IMG/VR virus record: IMGVR_UViG_3300027822_000011
Strand: one strand, 5' to 3'
Source of the DNA: a virus
DNA: 64,000 nucleotides
In this document: one piece after another, positions 26,527 through 35,432 of the stretch
How the letters are laid out: every line of letters starts with the position of its first letter
Position numbering within the stretch: position 1 is the first letter of the stretch
Notes under the pieces: model-generated
Databases searched by the model: none
What the model was told of the DNA's origin: nothing
What the model saw: the letters and a program-made list of their open reading frames with translations, nothing else
Program-made: the position numbers and the translations under genes

Positions 26527-27571
26527 CCTTACTAAAAGTAAAATCGTTATTTATAATTCCTTGCCGGCTTTCAATCGTTGAATTATTATTATTTAGTCTA
26601 TTTTCTTTTTCCATAGCAGCTTCAACTTTAAAAAATTTATTTCTAAACGATTTTCCAGATTGTAAAATATGTGAATAATCATTTCCTATTGTTTCAGCAT
26701 GATAATTTAAAACAGCTTTTATTCTTTCTTTTATTTTTCTTGGAACTCTGCCGGGTTTAATTTTTAAATCCTGTTGAACTAATAATCGAATTTGATTAAA
26801 CCATTCATTGAAACCTTTGAATTTCATTTTTGGATATTCTTCAGAATTTATTTTCTTTAGTAGTTTTGCAAGGTGAATAAAATATTTATTATCTGGATTC
26901 TCAGGATCATTCAAATTATATTTTGTAATTTGATTTCTTGAAATTCTAAAAATATTCAAATAAAATTTATTTTCAGAATCATAAAAGCTTGAGGGTGGAT
27001 ACCCGAAAGAATGAGATTTAGATTTAAAATTATTAATTTTCCTTAAAGCATTTTTATTTAATACTTTAGTATTCCTATAAGCATTTATATAAGGCGTCCA
27101 CCGGGTGGCTTTTTTGCCCGGGTGGAAACTGGCTTGCAAATCCCCACTCTCCCCATTTTTGCCCGGGTGGGTTTCCATTAATATTTTTTGCTTGTTATGC
27201 TCTTCAAAAACTTTTCTGTTTTGCTCTTTACTCACATAACGCAAATGAATATACCACCCTTTTACCCGATTTGTTTTACTATCAAAAATAGAAACGTCCT
27301 CAATCAATCCAATTTCAAGTAATTTCTTTTTGGCAGCCCTTATTTTTTTATAGTTCATATGCAGCCCCTTGGCAGCAAAAGCAGTCGTTGCTTTTATCTG
27401 ATCAGTCTTTTGCATTTGGGAGCACATATTGTAAAACAAATATAAAAGAATAGCAGTATCTCCACTTGGAGTCCCTACCAATTTTTTATAATGATGAACT
27501 GAAATATAAGTAATTTTAAGCCATTCATCAGCCACATATCCATGAAAATCTTTATCACTTACCCTTTTCAT
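26519..27571 (-). CDS. Putative replication initiator (lambda O-like position)
   Basis: N-terminal wHTH-like region; directly upstream of the DnaC-like gene; internal iteron-like repeats. Confidence 0.55.
   Translation of the reverse strand: MKRVSDKDFHGYVADEWLKITYISVHHYKKLVGTPSGDTAILLYLFYNMCSQMQKTDQIKATTAFAAKGLHMNYKKIRAAKKKLLEIGLIEDVSIFDSKTNRVKGWYIHLRYVSKEQNRKVFEEHNKQKILMETHPGKNGESGDLQASFHPGKKATRWTPYINAYRNTKVLNKNALRKINNFKSKSHSFGYPPSSFYDSENKFYLNIFRISRNQITKYNLNDPENPDNKYFIHLAKLLKKINSEEYPKMKFKGFNEWFNQIRLLVQQDLKIKPGRVPRKIKERIKAVLNYHAETIGNDYSHILQSGKSFRNKFFKVEAAMEKENRLNNNNSTIESRQGIINNDFTFSKDD
27101..27170. repeat. Iteron-like direct repeats
   Basis: TTTTTGCCCGGGTGG at 27111-27125 and 27156-27170, plus CCGGGTGG at 27101-27108. 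Confidence 0.7.
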
Positions 27572-27581
27572 ATCAACTCTC

Positions 27582-27911
27582 CTACTTCAATAAATGATGA
27601 TAAAAGGCTTTTTGAAATTTATCAGTGATAGAATATGAATAATGCCCTCTGGCTATTACAATTGAAAACCATTCATGATGGCAAAGATATCCTATTACTT
27701 TTTTGATATCATCAATAGTTATATCCATAGTAAAAGATAAATATTCAATAGATGGGACTGATTTGTAAACACTAAAAAATAAATGAATATGAACCAAAAA
27801 CTTTTTAATATATTCGTTTTCTTGGGTTTCATAATGATCAGAAAGGGAATGAGGACTAAACTCAAAAATAGATTTTTTCCCAATAGGTTTCTTGAACTTA
27901 CAATTATTCAT
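27582..27911 (-). CDS. Hypothetical protein, possible wHTH
   Basis: 109-aa ORF with AAGGAG RBS. Confidence 0.55.
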   Translation of the reverse strand: MNNCKFKKPIGKKSIFEFSPHSLSDHYETQENEYIKKFLVHIHLFFSVYKSVPSIEYLSFTMDITIDDIKKVIGYLCHHEWFSIVIARGHYSYSITDKFQKAFYHHLLK

Positions 27912-28030
27912 TGAACTTTCTCCTTGTTTAAGCTTTCTGCCTGGGAGCGTTACAAGGAGATTTCATCAACCGAATGGACAAAACCAACACTCCCGTTTCC
28001 TTGCCGGGCCAATGGCAGGGTGGCAGAATA
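27912..28030 (-). promoter_or_regulatory. Structured 5' leader with a predicted RBS-sequestering pseudoknot
   Basis: GGGAGUGUU/AACGCUCCC and UCUCCUUGU/ACAAGGAGA stems in A-B-A'-B' order; UUCUGCC/GGCAGAA long-range pairing. Confidence 0.6.
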
Positions 28031-28037
28031 AAATTTG

Positions 28038-28066
28038 ATTATATTAATTAAATATCAAAAAATCAA
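28038..28066 (-). promoter_or_regulatory. Sigma70-type promoter
   Basis: TTGATT-N17-TATAAT. Confidence 0.75.
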
Positions 28067-28099
28067 GTAATATCATATTATTTTTATAACTTCTTAAAA

Positions 28100-29035
28100 T
28101 CATTGAAAATTAAATACCTTGTTTAAAATAATTTGAATTTGTTTAACCTTCATATCTCCTGGGTCAATCCCCAGATTATGTTTTACTATTTCGGCATCTT
28201 TACCAGCAAAAATAAGTTGTTTCATTAATTTTTTAGCTGATTTTATACCAGCATTATCAGGGTCAAAAAGAATATAAACCGTTTCATATTTTTTCAATAA
28301 TAAAAATTGTTCTGCCGTATAATCAACCCCAAAACAACAAGTAGCTGGATAGCCTGCTAAAACCACTTTCCAGACATCAAAAATACCTTCACAAAGAATT
28401 ATAAAAGGAAAGTTAGCTGGATCCGGGGCATTATATAATATTGTTTTGTGTTCAATTTTTTCTATCTTGGCAGGACATGTTATATATTTCAAAGAACTAT
28501 AATTGGTATGATCTCTGGATTGCCATGATACCACTTCATTATCAAATAAAATAGGGGCTATAATTCTATATGATAAATCTATTTCATCTAAAAAACCTGC
28601 GCATCCAGTAGCAAATAAATGGAATTTCTTAGCAATCCAGATTGAGTCTTGCCTTGAGAATCCCCTTTTATTCATAAGATATGCCATTGCCACTGGCCGC
28701 TTAAGTATTGGCTTTATATCATCAGGCATTTTAAATTTAAAACGAACAACTTTGATCTTATGTTCTTTTATTTTGGTATTTCCATTATACTGTTTTATAA
28801 GCTTGTTTGCATCTTTGAATGGAATGCCAAGTAATTGCATTAAAACTTTTTGGGTAGATTTAAATCCACACCGCCAGCATTTAAAATAATTTTTACTTAA
28901 ATTATACCCCAAATGATTACCAGAATGACCTGAACAAAAAGGACATGGAATATTATACCAACCTGATCTATAATGCTTTTCACCTTCATGGGCATATCTA
29001 ATTGAATAGTCTTGAAATAATCGGTTGATATCCAC
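28100..29035 (-). CDS. DNA primase (zinc finger + TOPRIM)
   Basis: CPFC...CWRC, WQSRD, LCEGIFD, FDPD..G. Confidence 0.85.
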   Translation of the reverse strand: MDINRLFQDYSIRYAHEGEKHYRSGWYNIPCPFCSGHSGNHLGYNLSKNYFKCWRCGFKSTQKVLMQLLGIPFKDANKLIKQYNGNTKIKEHKIKVVRFKFKMPDDIKPILKRPVAMAYLMNKRGFSRQDSIWIAKKFHLFATGCAGFLDEIDLSYRIIAPILFDNEVVSWQSRDHTNYSSLKYITCPAKIEKIEHKTILYNAPDPANFPFIILCEGIFDVWKVVLAGYPATCCFGVDYTAEQFLLLKKYETVYILFDPDNAGIKSAKKLMKQLIFAGKDAEIVKHNLGIDPGDMKVKQIQIILNKVFNFQ

Positions 29036-29038
29036 TTT

Positions 29039-29311
29039 CTATTTTCCTTTTTTAATATGATTAAAAACAATTTCATTTACAGCTTGAAAATTATAATTAA
29101 CCACATAAATATTAAAAAATACCCCTTTAGTTTCTTCACTAAATTTGGTAGCCAGGGTGATTGCTTCTTTTTCAGTTTTTATTAATTCCTCCCCGGCGAA
29201 TTTATCAGGGAAAGTATCAACAGTATACATCTTATTTTCTTTTCGCAAAAAGCGAACCATATACCCTTTGTCCTTTCCTTTTATTATTTGCAAAGCAACT
29301 TCCAACTTCAT
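29039..29311 (-). CDS. Hypothetical protein
   Basis: 90-aa ORF. Confidence 0.5.
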   Translation of the reverse strand: MKLEVALQIIKGKDKGYMVRFLRKENKMYTVDTFPDKFAGEELIKTEKEAITLATKFSEETKGVFFNIYVVNYNFQAVNEIVFNHIKKGK

Positions 29312-29312
29312 T

Positions 29313-29507
29313 TTAATTCCTTTTTATTATTCTTGGATTCCTATTGACTTTAGATCTTATTTTGCACATTTCACATTTTAATTTTTTAGGAGGCAAAGCT
29401 GACCCATAATAAAAGTATTTGCCCCCACATTTTGTACAAATAAGCAAAAATCCTTTTTCTTCTTTTTTAGGAATAATTCCAATTTTAAACCCTTTTGGTA
29501 TTTTCAT
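29313..29507 (-). CDS. Small zinc-ribbon protein
   Basis: CTKC...CEMC. Confidence 0.55.
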   Translation of the reverse strand: MKIPKGFKIGIIPKKEEKGFLLICTKCGGKYFYYGSALPPKKLKCEMCKIRSKVNRNPRIIKRN

Positions 29508-29764
29508 TTCCTTTTCATTTCCTTTTCAAAGAAATTAATCCAAGATTTATGATGATATCTCCAAAAAGAATTTCCTGATAGTCTTTGACAATTGATTGTC
29601 CTGAAAATAATTAAATGAGCAGAAATGCCAAAATCATCACAATTATTTAAATAGTTATCGATTGAATCTGCTATAGATTTAATCACCAAATAAAAATCAA
29701 TCGTTATTCCTTGTTTGGATAAAAACTGTTTAAATAATTCTTTTTCTTTTTCAGTAATTTTCAT
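29504..29764 (-). CDS. Hypothetical protein
   Basis: 86-aa ORF. Confidence 0.5.
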   Translation of the reverse strand: MKITEKEKELFKQFLSKQGITIDFYLVIKSIADSIDNYLNNCDDFGISAHLIIFRTINCQRLSGNSFWRYHHKSWINFFEKEMKRK

Positions 29765-29782
29765 TATATCCCCTCTCCCTCC

Positions 29783-30232
29783 CTAAATTGCAATACCATT
29801 CAAATGATCAATTTCATGTTGAACCATCACAGCTGGCAGACCTTTGAAAATTGCAAACATTTTTGCCCCAGTCACCAATTGATAAGTGACTTTAATTTTT
29901 TTATATCTGCGTTTAATCACTCGATTTACATACATTCTTTCTGGAAAAGACATGCATCCTTCTTTATATTTCTTAATACCGGCAGACTTCACAGGAATAG
30001 AAACCGGATTAACCATAACAACCGGTTTCTTATTAATCACAACAATGATTATTCTGCGATGTTCACCAATTTGACTTGCAGCCAGGCCAATACAGATTTC
30101 TTTATTTTCTTCTATAGTATCAAGCATGTCTTGAATAATGGTTTTATTACGATGTACTTCAATATCAGAAAAATAACATTTTACACTTTTCTTGCTCAAT
30201 TTAACCACATCAGTACTAATTTTTTTAATCAT
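29783..30232 (-). CDS. def: Peptide deformylase
   Basis: GLAASQIG, EGCMS, QHEIDHLNG. Confidence 0.95.
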   Translation of the reverse strand: MIKKISTDVVKLSKKSVKCYFSDIEVHRNKTIIQDMLDTIEENKEICIGLAASQIGEHRRIIIVVINKKPVVMVNPVSIPVKSAGIKKYKEGCMSFPERMYVNRVIKRRYKKIKVTYQLVTGAKMFAIFKGLPAVMVQHEIDHLNGIAI

Positions 30233-30557
30233 TTTCCTTTCCTTTCTTTTTAATTAAAGTATTCTGTCTATTAATTTTTAATGCTTTTAAATATTCTGCC
30301 CGGCGATCGCATTTAGTAATATTTGGACATGGGTGACAAAGACTCAAATCAATCCAATATCTATTAAAACAATAAATCCAGAAATCAGGTCTTTCACAAT
30401 ATTCTGGTGGATCAGGTAAATAACCACCAAGATTCTTTTTTGGTATTTCAATTATCATTGGTGGATTTCTTTTTATAATTCTGGAATTTCTTTTTATAAT
30501 TCTGGAATTTCTTTTTATTATTTTTTTATTCCGTTGCATAAAGTTCCTATCTTTCAT
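30225..30557 (-). CDS. Hypothetical protein with tandem IIKRN(S/P) repeats
   Basis: 21-bp tandem repeat at about 30466-30535; Cys-containing C-terminal half. Confidence 0.55.
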   Translation of the reverse strand: MKDRNFMQRNKKIIKRNSRIIKRNSRIIKRNPPMIIEIPKKNLGGYLPDPPEYCERPDFWIYCFNRYWIDLSLCHPCPNITKCDRRAEYLKALKINRQNTLIKKKGKEND

Positions 30558-31053
30558 TATAAATTGAATGTAATTGATTGAAAGCTTCTGAGATTTCTAC
30601 CGGTTTATAATGATATCTTTTTAAAATTTTTCTTAACCATGGTCGAAGACCTTTTGATGGGGCCGAATAAATTGCAATTATCCTGGCTATCTTTTGTATA
30701 ATTGGATTAGGATTATTCACAAAATTATCATAAACCATAATTGATTCTGATAATGGATAAGTATGTATATTAATGGGCTCCCCTGTAAAATATATATTAG
30801 TTCGTTTTAATGCATATTTTTTAATAATCAAAGAATTCAATTTATATTTACAACAAGTGAATAAAAAGTTTTTAAAATTTTCTGATTTACTCGAATCATA
30901 CTTGTTAACTACTTCACAAAAAACAAGATTAAATTCAGCAATTAATTCTTCAACTTCAAATCCGGTTCTACGGGAAAATGTATTTGCCAATTTTTTTATA
31001 AATTTTTCGTAATCATAATAAAGATCAGTTACCAATTGTTTTTCACTTTTCAT
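30547..31053 (-). CDS. Phage sigma factor-like protein
   Basis: Region 2-like IKKLA..F..RTGFEVEELIAE.NL.FCE....YD....FKNFL. Confidence 0.65.
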   Translation of the reverse strand: MKSEKQLVTDLYYDYEKFIKKLANTFSRRTGFEVEELIAEFNLVFCEVVNKYDSSKSENFKNFLFTCCKYKLNSLIIKKYALKRTNIYFTGEPINIHTYPLSESIMVYDNFVNNPNPIIQKIARIIAIYSAPSKGLRPWLRKILKRYHYKPVEISEAFNQLHSIYNER

Positions 31054-32546
31054 TAACCATTCCTTTGAATACTTTTTTCAATTCCAAGTTCATGAAATTT
31101 TTTTGAACAAGTTGAAGCAGCCCCTCGCAAGACCGTTTCTTTATAATCAAAATAATAAAATATGTATGCTTTCTTTTTTCTTTTCTTTACCTCTTTGTTT
31201 TCTGGAACCCGGGTCACTCTTCCAAAAAATTGTTCAAAAGCATCTGGATCAGCTACCGGAGAAGTTAAATGAAGAACAGACATTAATTCTTCATCAAATC
31301 CTTTCCCTATTAATCTATCAGTTGCAAAGATAAATTTCACCTTGTTTTTCATAGCTTGAGCAACTATTTTTTTCCTTTCCACCCGGGATACCTTACCGAT
31401 TAATAATTTAGCAGTTAATTTAAAATGATGGGGCATTAAGTCTATCAAAGTTTCCAAATGTTTTGAACTTGATGAAATTATTAAGTGAATTCCATAAATA
31501 TCAACATTGTTTATAATGGTATCAATAATTAATTTATTTCTGGTTTCATCCTGCAGCATTAAAGATTTTGCTGTTGAATATGACCGACGGAAATTAATTT
31601 CCCCATTATATGTGGAACTCACAAAAATACCGGCAGCTGGTAATTTTTCCACTGATTCTCTATTTATTGCAAGATGAATCCCACCCAACAGCCATAGCAT
31701 CACCCGGGTTTTTCCATCCCTACGCCTGGGGGTGGCTGATAATCCCATCACATATTCACCCTTAAAATTGTTTATAATTCTTTCGTAAGATTCAGTGGCC
31801 ACTATATGGCATTCGTCAACGATCATCATTCCAAAATGATCAAGTAAATTTAAGCGGTCTCTAAGGGTTTGCATTAATGCGACGGTAATTGATTCAATCT
31901 TTTCAATACCACCCCCCACATGACCAATTTTATTTTCTGGGATTCCTAAAAAAATGGTTATTCTGCTTTTCCATTGTTCAAGTAATTCAGTAGTGTCAAT
32001 AATTATAATTGTAGGTTGATTAATTTGAGCAACTTTATAAAGGGACATCACCGTTTTACCGGTTCCGGTTCCAGCTTGCAAAATTCCATTCTTGACAGAA
32101 TATTTTTTAAATAAATGCTGGCCTTTACTTTTTTTTAATTTTCCTTTAAATTTAAAATCGGTAGTACCAAGAGTAGTTCTTTTATTTATTATTTTGTATT
32201 TCACGCCATGACGCATAAAAATCTTTTTAACAATATTAAAACCACCTCTTGGCACCACCAAATCGCTGCCATCAAATTCATAATAGTAAAGCCATTCATT
32301 AATTTTACGGGAAGTCCATCTCCCATCTTTCTTTTCTTTTGCCACAATATAGCCCCTGGGCCTGTCACTCATTTTCAATCGTCTGCGTTTACAGATAGCA
32401 AGATACTCAGGATTGCGCATGGTAAATTTTGAACGAATTTCGTTCTCGAGAATATATGGAAAAACCAAACGAACTTTATTGTCAAGAATAATTCTTTGTG
32501 ATAAATTTTTCTTTTTCCTGGGAGGTGGATTCCTTTTTACCAGCAT
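31053..32546 (-). CDS. Superfamily 2 helicase (UvsW/XPB-like)
   Basis: AGTGTGKT, IVDECH, GLSATP.R.D, GKGFD, QFFGRVTR. Confidence 0.9.
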   Translation of the reverse strand: MLVKRNPPPRKKKNLSQRIILDNKVRLVFPYILENEIRSKFTMRNPEYLAICKRRRLKMSDRPRGYIVAKEKKDGRWTSRKINEWLYYYEFDGSDLVVPRGGFNIVKKIFMRHGVKYKIINKRTTLGTTDFKFKGKLKKSKGQHLFKKYSVKNGILQAGTGTGKTVMSLYKVAQINQPTIIIIDTTELLEQWKSRITIFLGIPENKIGHVGGGIEKIESITVALMQTLRDRLNLLDHFGMMIVDECHIVATESYERIINNFKGEYVMGLSATPRRRDGKTRVMLWLLGGIHLAINRESVEKLPAAGIFVSSTYNGEINFRRSYSTAKSLMLQDETRNKLIIDTIINNVDIYGIHLIISSSSKHLETLIDLMPHHFKLTAKLLIGKVSRVERKKIVAQAMKNKVKFIFATDRLIGKGFDEELMSVLHLTSPVADPDAFEQFFGRVTRVPENKEVKKRKKKAYIFYYFDYKETVLRGAASTCSKKFHELGIEKSIQRNG

Positions 32547-32561
32547 TTTTATTATCCTATA

Positions 32562-33620
32562 TTATTTGGCTATATCATTAAGCAATCGGTAATATCCAAT
32601 GAAAGAAGAAATATTATGTTGACAATAATCATTTCTGACTTCTGTTTCAATTGGGCTATGAGTAAATGCCCCTTTACTGAGCCCCCGTTTGATAAATGAT
32701 TTTGCTTGAAATTTTAATTGTCTTTTTACAATATTCAAATAGATATCTCTTTGTTCCCATCTTGGGAAAGCCATGTCCATAAATCGAATATAAGACAAAA
32801 GACACTCAGATCGACAAGCCATTGGTCCGGCAGCTTTTGATGGTCTATCTCTCAAAGTTGTTTCAACTATCTTGGAAGCATACGGAAACAAAACATTATC
32901 AATTAAAGTGGGGTCAGCATACTTTGTAATTTCTTCAATTGCTTGCATCATCCAATGATCCCGGACAAATCCAACTTTACCAAAATACTCATAATAAGCT
33001 GCGATCGTTTGCAATATGGTAGCACTCATCAAAGTAAAATTAATAAGAAATTTTAAATTTTTTGATAGGGCCAAAAGGGCTTCCCCTGGGTAAAATGAAG
33101 AATAGAATTTTTTATCTTTTCCGGTATAAACATTTCTTTTGTGAAAATCAAATAATGATGTGGTAGGATTAATGCAATTCGCAATATATTGAATAAGAGA
33201 TCGGCCCCGGTTCAGGTATTCAATATTATTAAATAAATGATGACCATCATTGTAGTCATTAATAATAGAATAAAACCGAAAAAAGGCACAAGCTCCCAAA
33301 CCATTGGCACCAAGTTTAATATAACTATCCTCAACAGCAACCCAGCAAGCGCCAGATTCAAATAAATTTGATTTTTGAATATATTCCTTTTCCATATAAT
33401 CCAAAGATTTTTGGACAGCATTCAAAATATCTGGGTTTTTGGTTTCCCGGTAAACATCCAGCATGGCCCACAATGACCCAAAATGACGAAGGATGTTATA
33501 TCCTTTTATTCTTTTCAATGATTTGCAATCATACCCATAAATAAAACGACCATCATCTTCAATAAGTCTTTCAAGCCATTCACTTCCTAACTTAGCAATT
33601 TTCAAACTTTCTGTATACAT
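32562..33620 (-). CDS. Predicted alpha/alpha-barrel protein of unknown function
   Basis: GRFIYGY...YNILRH, KLGANGL, FYPGEALLAL, DHWM, RNDYCQHNIS; recalled resemblance to an uncharacterised bacterial family. Confidence 0.45.
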   Translation of the reverse strand: MYTESLKIAKLGSEWLERLIEDDGRFIYGYDCKSLKRIKGYNILRHFGSLWAMLDVYRETKNPDILNAVQKSLDYMEKEYIQKSNLFESGACWVAVEDSYIKLGANGLGACAFFRFYSIINDYNDGHHLFNNIEYLNRGRSLIQYIANCINPTTSLFDFHKRNVYTGKDKKFYSSFYPGEALLALSKNLKFLINFTLMSATILQTIAAYYEYFGKVGFVRDHWMMQAIEEITKYADPTLIDNVLFPYASKIVETTLRDRPSKAAGPMACRSECLLSYIRFMDMAFPRWEQRDIYLNIVKRQLKFQAKSFIKRGLSKGAFTHSPIETEVRNDYCQHNISSFIGYYRLLNDIAK

Positions 33621-33715
33621 TTGATTCCTTTATATAAATAAAAATGGTAAAAATATGGCCAAGCTGACCAAAAACAAAACTCCCTCTAAGACATATTTTA
33701 AAAATTCTTTTAATT

Positions 33716-34045
33716 TCATATTTTTAAAGTAGACCGCATTAATGAAAGTTCATCCCGCATTTGATTGATATTCGTGATTGTCTGATAATTAAAAGAAGGT
33801 CGATAAATAATCATCAATGCAATTTTTTTAAAATGATTCACTGGTTTAACAATTGCAAAAGTATTTACAAAAGTAGTCACCCATCCATGTTGAATTACTA
33901 ATTGCTCAAGACGGTATTTGATTTCATTCTCGAGTTCATTCATTCTATATTTAAAATCATCATTAATAAAATTATGGGTAAAAGATAAAAGCAATTCATC
34001 TTTTCCATAAAACTCAATATTAAAAGTATGCCGGTTTTGTTTCAT
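33716..34045 (-). CDS. Hypothetical protein
   Basis: 109-aa ORF with AAGGAG RBS. Confidence 0.55.
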   Translation of the reverse strand: MKQNRHTFNIEFYGKDELLLSFTHNFINDDFKYRMNELENEIKYRLEQLVIQHGWVTTFVNTFAIVKPVNHFKKIALMIIYRPSFNYQTITNINQMRDELSLMRSTLKI

Positions 34046-34056
34046 TTTTTCTCCTT

Positions 34057-34079
34057 AAAAAATGGGGGCCAAAGCCCCC
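34057..34079 (-). terminator. Intrinsic terminator
   Basis: GGGGGC-TTTG-GCCCCC followed by ATTTTTT. Confidence 0.75.
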
Positions 34080-34085
34080 GGTTAG

Positions 34086-34901
34086 TTATGCTGCCAATTT
34101 CACTTCTGCAATATGTTCAGCCATGCTCCAAAAAGATTGATTTAACATCTTGTCCCGTTTGATATTTGAAACTTCCCTTGTTTTTGATCGTCTGCCGGAA
34201 GCTGCCCTGCCAGAAAGCCCGCCTTTGATTGCATTTTCTTGAATTCGATTAAAAGTTGTCCATAAATTAGTTTTTTCATCATCCCGTCGCCTGGCAACCA
34301 AAAGCTGTTCAGGTTGAATTGATGAATGATCAGAACCCTCGAACATTATTTCATGGGCGGCAGAAGCAAAAATATTTTGTTCATTTGGGCTTAATTCTAT
34401 TGATTCCCATGTTTGAATCCTGTCCCCAACCTTTTCCATATTACCAGCAACAAATTTAGCTGATTCAATAAAAAAGTCTGCATCAAATCCCATATGGCGA
34501 TGCCGGTATTCTGCCAAATTTGAACCAACAATTAATCCATTGGAACAAACTAATCTATAAATTCCACCAGTCAAAATATAGGCAGAACCAGCATCATGTG
34601 AATTATAAAGGGTCATTTGTAATCTACGATCACCCAGGTCAAGTTCTGGCCGGGTAAAAGTAATTGCATGTTGTTGAAAGCCCTGTTTTTCAATCAATCT
34701 TGGTCTACCCTGCCTGGCTTCAACCGGAGTCCAACCAGCATCCCTGAGATAATTAACAGCTGAAATGGTGGGAATAAAAGAATATTTGTCAGAGGTTTTA
34801 AATGATGGGAGAGTGGCCCCTATACTGGATGCTTTTGCAATGAGTTGATCATTTGATAATTCTACTGAAGGTTTGTGATCTTTGAAGTTTAAAATTGTCA
34901 T
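34086..34901 (-). CDS. DUF932 family protein
   Basis: YSFIPT...L...GW.PV, NSHDAGSAY, GIYRLVCSNGLIVG, LWTTFNRIQEN. Confidence 0.85.
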   Translation of the reverse strand: MTILNFKDHKPSVELSNDQLIAKASSIGATLPSFKTSDKYSFIPTISAVNYLRDAGWTPVEARQGRPRLIEKQGFQQHAITFTRPELDLGDRRLQMTLYNSHDAGSAYILTGGIYRLVCSNGLIVGSNLAEYRHRHMGFDADFFIESAKFVAGNMEKVGDRIQTWESIELSPNEQNIFASAAHEIMFEGSDHSSIQPEQLLVARRRDDEKTNLWTTFNRIQENAIKGGLSGRAASGRRSKTREVSNIKRDKMLNQSFWSMAEHIAEVKLAA

Positions 34902-34958
34902 GGCGTTTTCCTTTATCTTAATTGATTATTGGGTCTTTCCCGTAACCCATTAACAATC

Positions 34959-34986
34959 ATTATATAGAAGTTAAAGTAAAAATCAA
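34959..34986 (-). promoter_or_regulatory. Sigma70-type early promoter
   Basis: TTGATT-N16-TATAAT with an A-tract UP region. Confidence 0.65.
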
Positions 34987-35015
34987 CCCCCTTTTATAGT
35001 TTTTTTAAAGTTTTT

Positions 35016-35369
35016 TTAAAAAGTCTTGCCATTCTTGCCAACAGCCAGTAATGGATATTTTCTTGAACGGGGCTTCCATCCTGAAATGGTAAAAGATTCA
35101 TTATTGAAAACAAAAGAATCCCCAATATTCAACAAGAATTCTTTATTTGATGTCCGGGCTTTAAAATCTTCAAAATTTTTAACAAAAACAGGTACCATTT
35201 CACCTTTTTCATTACTGGCAACCCCAGTTAATTTAACATGAAATTGGCCAGACTGATAATTAATGTTGCCTAATGATAATGAAATTTCAAGCTGTTCTGT
35301 TGCAACTTCAAGAACTGTATCTAAATCTTTTCTGACTTTTTTTAAATTTTCTTTATTAAATTCTTGCAT
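35016..35369 (-). CDS. Hypothetical phage protein
   Basis: 117-aa ORF, C-terminal GWKPRSRKYPL. Confidence 0.6.
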   Translation of the reverse strand: MQEFNKENLKKVRKDLDTVLEVATEQLEISLSLGNINYQSGQFHVKLTGVASNEKGEMVPVFVKNFEDFKARTSNKEFLLNIGDSFVFNNESFTISGWKPRSRKYPLLAVGKNGKTF

Positions 35370-35393
35370 GATATTTTTCCTTGTTTAGATGAT

Positions 35394-35418
35394 TAAAGCA
35401 GGGGAGCCGGAGCCCCCC
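35394..35418 (-). terminator. Terminator-like hairpin
   Basis: GGGGGGC-TCCG-GCTCCCC followed by TGCTTT. Confidence 0.5.
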
Positions 35419-35432
35419 GGTTGGCCCTTTAA

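Noticed and set aside
27912-28030. Known preQ1 riboswitch or HDV-like ribozyme
   Set aside because: No preQ1-I/II consensus is recognisable, there is no P3/L3 segment between the stems as HDV-like folds require, and the downstream gene is not in the que pathway. Kept only as an unassigned pseudoknot.
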